From: Schizochytrium sp. TIO01
Taxonomy: Eukaryota > Protista > Bigyra: Labyrinthulomycetes
DNA: 64,000 nucleotides
Direction: 5' to 3'
NCBI GenBank assembly: GCA_004764695.1
Contig: SMSO01000006.1
Location: forward strand, 1,689,859 to 1,753,858
The position numbers and the translations under genes are program-made. Numbering within the stretch: the stretch's first letter is position 1; the number at the start of each line of letters is the position of its first letter. Shown in pieces: positions 60,393 through 64,000 of the stretch. The notes under the pieces are model-generated. The model worked only from the letters and a program-made list of their open reading frames with translations. It ran no database searches and was not told the DNA's origin.

Positions 60393-62732
60393 ATGGAGCT
60401 TTTTGTTCCTGGCAGGTGCGTTTGGCTTCACCATGGTGCTAGATTCAACTGGAGAGGCGGCTTTGCTGAAAGAGATCAAGGCGTAGAACATAACTTTAAC
60501 CTAGCTTCAAGGTCTGACAAACCTCTTGCTGAGATGTTGGTGAATAGCGAATAGAATTCCAAATAGTTGATGAAACTGACAAAGGGTTGAGTATTGATGG
60601 TCATAGAGTTTGTCTTATTGGAGAGCACAGCGACTGGGCTGGGAAATTTCGCACCTTCAACGAAGATATCGTTGAGGGGTACACGCTGGTGACGGGCACA
60701 AACCAAGGCCTGTAAGTTATAATGATTAGATTGTGAACAGTTGCGTCGGTAAAAGTACTCTCGCAGCATCAGCTCTCATGATGAGGTCGATGTAAATTCG
60801 AGAATGACTAACGCCTTACATGCATCAAACAGGTATGCACGCGTGAAGCGACATCCGTCCAAGCTCGTCTTAACGTGCACAGATAATGATGGAGAAAAGA
60901 CCCGTGCAGAGTTTAGCATGGATAGGGAAACTCTGCTCAAAGTGGCACGAGAAGGTGGTTTCTTCAGTTACATCGCTGGTGTGGCCTATAAAATCCTTGA
61001 AGATCATGTGGTGGGAGGGTTAGAAATTGATAACTACATGACTACACTTCCTTTGAAAAAAGGCCTGTCTTCGTCAGCCGCAATCTGTGTCCTCACAACA
61101 CGAGCCTTTAACAAGATGTACGATCTCCGTCTTACTACACGAGGAGAGATGGAATATGCTTACCAAGGCGAAGTCATCACACCATCTCAATGTGGGCGTC
61201 TGGACCAAGCATGTGCATTTGGTAGCACGCCCGTGCTTATGACGTACAATGGTGAGTTCACAGGCGTTGACAAAGTAACTGTTGGCCTCGAACTATATTT
61301 CGTCGTGGTGGACCTGTGTGCAGCCAAATCAACAGTGAAAATTCTCAATGGCCTTCGCAGTGCTTATCCAGTTGCTAGAACGGAAGAGCATCGAGAACTT
61401 CAGCGTTTCCTCGGAGAGAAAAATAAGGTTATCGTTCATCGCGCGATGGAGCTCATTTCTGGAGACCCGCAGGCGCATGGTGGTGAAGAAGTGGTCATTG
61501 AGCAACTAGGCGCCTTGCTGAGCGAGGCTCAAGCTGGATTTGATGCCTATGGTGCACCGCTCTGTCCAAGCGAGCTCACTGCGCCTGTTCTTCATAAATG
61601 CTTAAATCATCCTAGCTTGAAACCATATATTACTGGTGGAAAGTGGGTAGGTGCCGGTGGAGACGGCTCTGCGCAGCTTTTATGCCGCAATGCGCAAGCC
61701 CAGCGCGAGGTAGCACGCATTATTAAGGACGAACTGCACATGGATCCCTTGCTACTCACTATTAATCCGGGTTCCAGAATCCAAACCGCAGTGATTCCGG
61801 CAGGTGGTTTTGCAGGAAGCCTTTTCCCTGCTAGCCAGGCTTGCAAAGCAGAGCTCTTTCCTATTTATGACCCACGTGACGGAATGTGCAAGCCTCTTAT
61901 CCTAGGCACCATTGAAGAACTTTTGGCAGCTGGGCTCGAGCGCATTGTCCTTGTTGTCCAGGCTGACGATCTTATACAATTTAAGCGTCTTTTCCAAGAC
62001 TCGATCAATCCAGGAAATGCGACTCAACTGCCCAAGGATGGAACATTCAAAGCTTATGCTCGCCGATTAATTGACATGGGGCGTCACGTTGAATTTGTTG
62101 TGCAAGAACGCCAACAGGGGTTTGGCCATGCTGTGCATTGTGCTCGGGATCTTGTTGGTAACGCTCCCTTTTTGCTAGTTTTAGGTCACCATGTGTACCT
62201 CACACCTACCGATGCTGAGGACCAGCGTAGTTGCGCAGCCCAGATGATAGATGCCCACAAAATGCTTGGCACTAATGTTGTCGGCCTGAAGCGCACGAAG
62301 TCTGTCGAGGTGCAAAAGTACGGCACCATTGCAGGCTCCTTTCGCGAGGAAGTTAACCATGTCCCGAATAAGGTGCTCACTGTTACCTCGGTTGTTGAGA
62401 AGCCAAGTGCTGAGTTTGCGGCTGCAAATTTACACATTGACAGCATGCCAGAAGATGAGTACTTAACAATGTTCGGCATGTATGCCCTGGAACCTGCCAT
62501 TTTCGATATTCTTGATGAGTTTGTGCGACATGACCTTCGATCTGAGCGAGGAGATATTGCATTTACCCCAGCTCTTGATCGTTTACGAGAGTCTAGTGGG
62601 CTGCATGGAATTGTCATGGAGAGCGAACGCTTGGCAATGAATAGCCCTGAGGCGTTTATTGAGACCAATCAAAGGCTTTTGAGCCTTCGCAAACATCAAG
62701 AAACTCAAATCAAACCTGCTCAACAGGCTTGA
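60393..62732 (+). CDS. Bifunctional GHMP sugar kinase (galactokinase-like) + GalU-like nucleotidyltransferase; join(60393..60415,60607..60711,60833..62732), 675 aa
   Basis: Splicing two GT-AG introns (the second with GTAAGT donor and GACTAAC branch site) restores MELFVPGRVCLIGEHSDWAG...GTNQGLYARV. GHMP motif PLKKGLSSSAA and GAGGDG loop. C-terminal AVIPAGG...KAELFPI, VQERQQGFGHAV and VEKP motifs. Confidence 0.9.
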
Positions 62733-63244
62733 CTCGCTCATTCATTGGTGAATAGATTTTCCCTGTAGAAATCGAAATAAATTCAAATCTATTATTGTTT
62801 TTAATTTATAGCACAAACGTGATCCATTGCTTTGAGGTGTTGTTGACTTGCTTCAAGGACAATTCAATCTACGCAAAAAATAAAATATAAAGTTACAACC
62901 TCCATTCAAAATAAAGAAATACTCATCGGTTCTCTGAAGATATATCTTGTGCTGATATCATAACAGGTGGTGGTAACTTGGAAAGAAAAAAAAAAAAGTA
63001 ACCTCGTTTCCTGTGCCAGTGCTCCTGCACCATGCATCCGTATTAACAGCTTCAGTGTATTTAAATAATAGAGTAATCAAGAGTGCAATGAGTCACGACA
63101 AAATCAAAACAAAATGAAAATAAAAATGAAAGCTCATCCCTTCCCTCTCCCCTTTCTAACCATGGCCAGTCTAATTTATTGTTTCTAAAATGGAGGGGTT
63201 TAGCCAGCAGAAACTAATGTATGCTGTTTTTTGTTTTTTTTCTT

Positions 63245-63937
63245 CTAATAAGTAAAACCTTGGTTAAGTAAATCATGTGCGGCCTGGAGATCATATTCGT
63301 CGAAAGTCTCTTCAAAGAGCATTTCCATGTAATCATCACGCTGAACCGTCATTCGCGGCATTCGTTTTTTCTTTCCTGACGAAGAGGGTGTAGCTGATGT
63401 ATTCGTGATACTCTGTTGTTTCTTCGCATCCCGAGCAGGATTTGACTTCTTGCGAGCACTACCTTGAGCAGTTAAAGCAATCTTGCCAATGCTGTTGTTA
63501 TTACTATCGGTTGGACATTGAAGTGAGTTTTTGTCATCTTGTGCTGCCGCCACAGTCATTACCAGAGGCTCAGTTGGCGGAGCGAGACTTGCCCAATCAG
63601 AGAGTAAAGTAAAGGCTACAAGACTGCCATCTGCTCGTGCTGCAGCGACGAATGATGTACCTACAATAAGTTTTGTCAACGCAACACGGTGCTTAGCCTT
63701 CTTAAACTTCAAGGAGCGTACGACACGACCTTCCAAGTCCTCTGTATCCCAAAACTTCAGTGTACCATCATCGCCACAGGAAACAACGCGGTAAGAGTCA
63801 ATGTACATATCGCGCACAGTCCCAGAGTGTCCCGCGCAACGTTCGTTCTGCAACGCACTCAAGTGCCTCACCACGAAGAATACAGTCTTGTGTTTGTCTC
63901 TTGAATCGCTGCAGAACAATTTCGTGCGAGGGACCAC
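63245..63937 (-). CDS. WD40-repeat protein, C-terminal part (gene probably continues beyond the window)
   Basis: GHSGTVRDMYIDSYRVVSCGDDGTLKFWD WD40 repeat. Possible splice acceptor TTGCAG at ~63848-63853. Confidence 0.75.
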   Translation of the reverse strand: MVPRTKLFCSDSRDKHKTVFFVVRHLSALQNERCAGHSGTVRDMYIDSYRVVSCGDDGTLKFWDTEDLEGRVVRSLKFKKAKHRVALTKLIVGTSFVAAARADGSLVAFTLLSDWASLAPPTEPLVMTVAAAQDDKNSLQCPTDSNNNSIGKIALTAQGSARKKSNPARDAKKQQSITNTSATPSSSGKKKRMPRMTVQRDDYMEMLFEETFDEYDLQAAHDLLNQGFTY

Positions 63938-64000
63938 CAGCGATAGCCACTACTAAGGAAGGGGATTTACAGGTACGAAATGATGTCCCGTCGATTGTGT

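Noticed and set aside
60804-60832. ORF-track start MTNALHASNR of the GHMP fusion
   Set aside because: It lies within intron 2 (branch site GACTAAC, acceptor at 60832); the true start is at 60393.

Overview
Eukaryotic, intron-poor nuclear DNA. Gene content, short GT-AG introns and very microsatellite-rich intergenic DNA suggest a thraustochytrid/labyrinthulomycete stramenopile (inference). The window has two paralogous AP2-domain transcription factor genes (1-1.1 kb and 21.4-22.7 kb), separated by an AT-rich retroelement graveyard with three ~0.4 kb solo LTRs (two with perfect 5-bp TSDs) and a ~12 kb SSR-rich gene desert. A gene-dense block follows: a small membrane protein, calpain-7/PalB, an Sfi1-like protein, a membrane protein, a DCC oxidoreductase, a cycloeucalenol cycloisomerase-like protein, a formin-GBD/FH3 + SAM + tyrosine-kinase-like fusion and an SLC12 cation-chloride cotransporter. 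After a second ~8 kb desert come a frameshifted membrane/beta-propeller gene, an IQ protein, a 3-exon GHMP sugar kinase + GalU-like nucleotidyltransferase fusion and the end of a WD40 gene. The most notable items are the formin-regulatory-module/kinase chimera, the kinase-nucleotidyltransferase fusion with a degenerate GxGTR motif, structured solo LTRs with a compensatory stem change, and two -1 frame discontinuities. No tRNA, rRNA or CRISPR was found. Family calls come from motif recognition by eye, not database searches.
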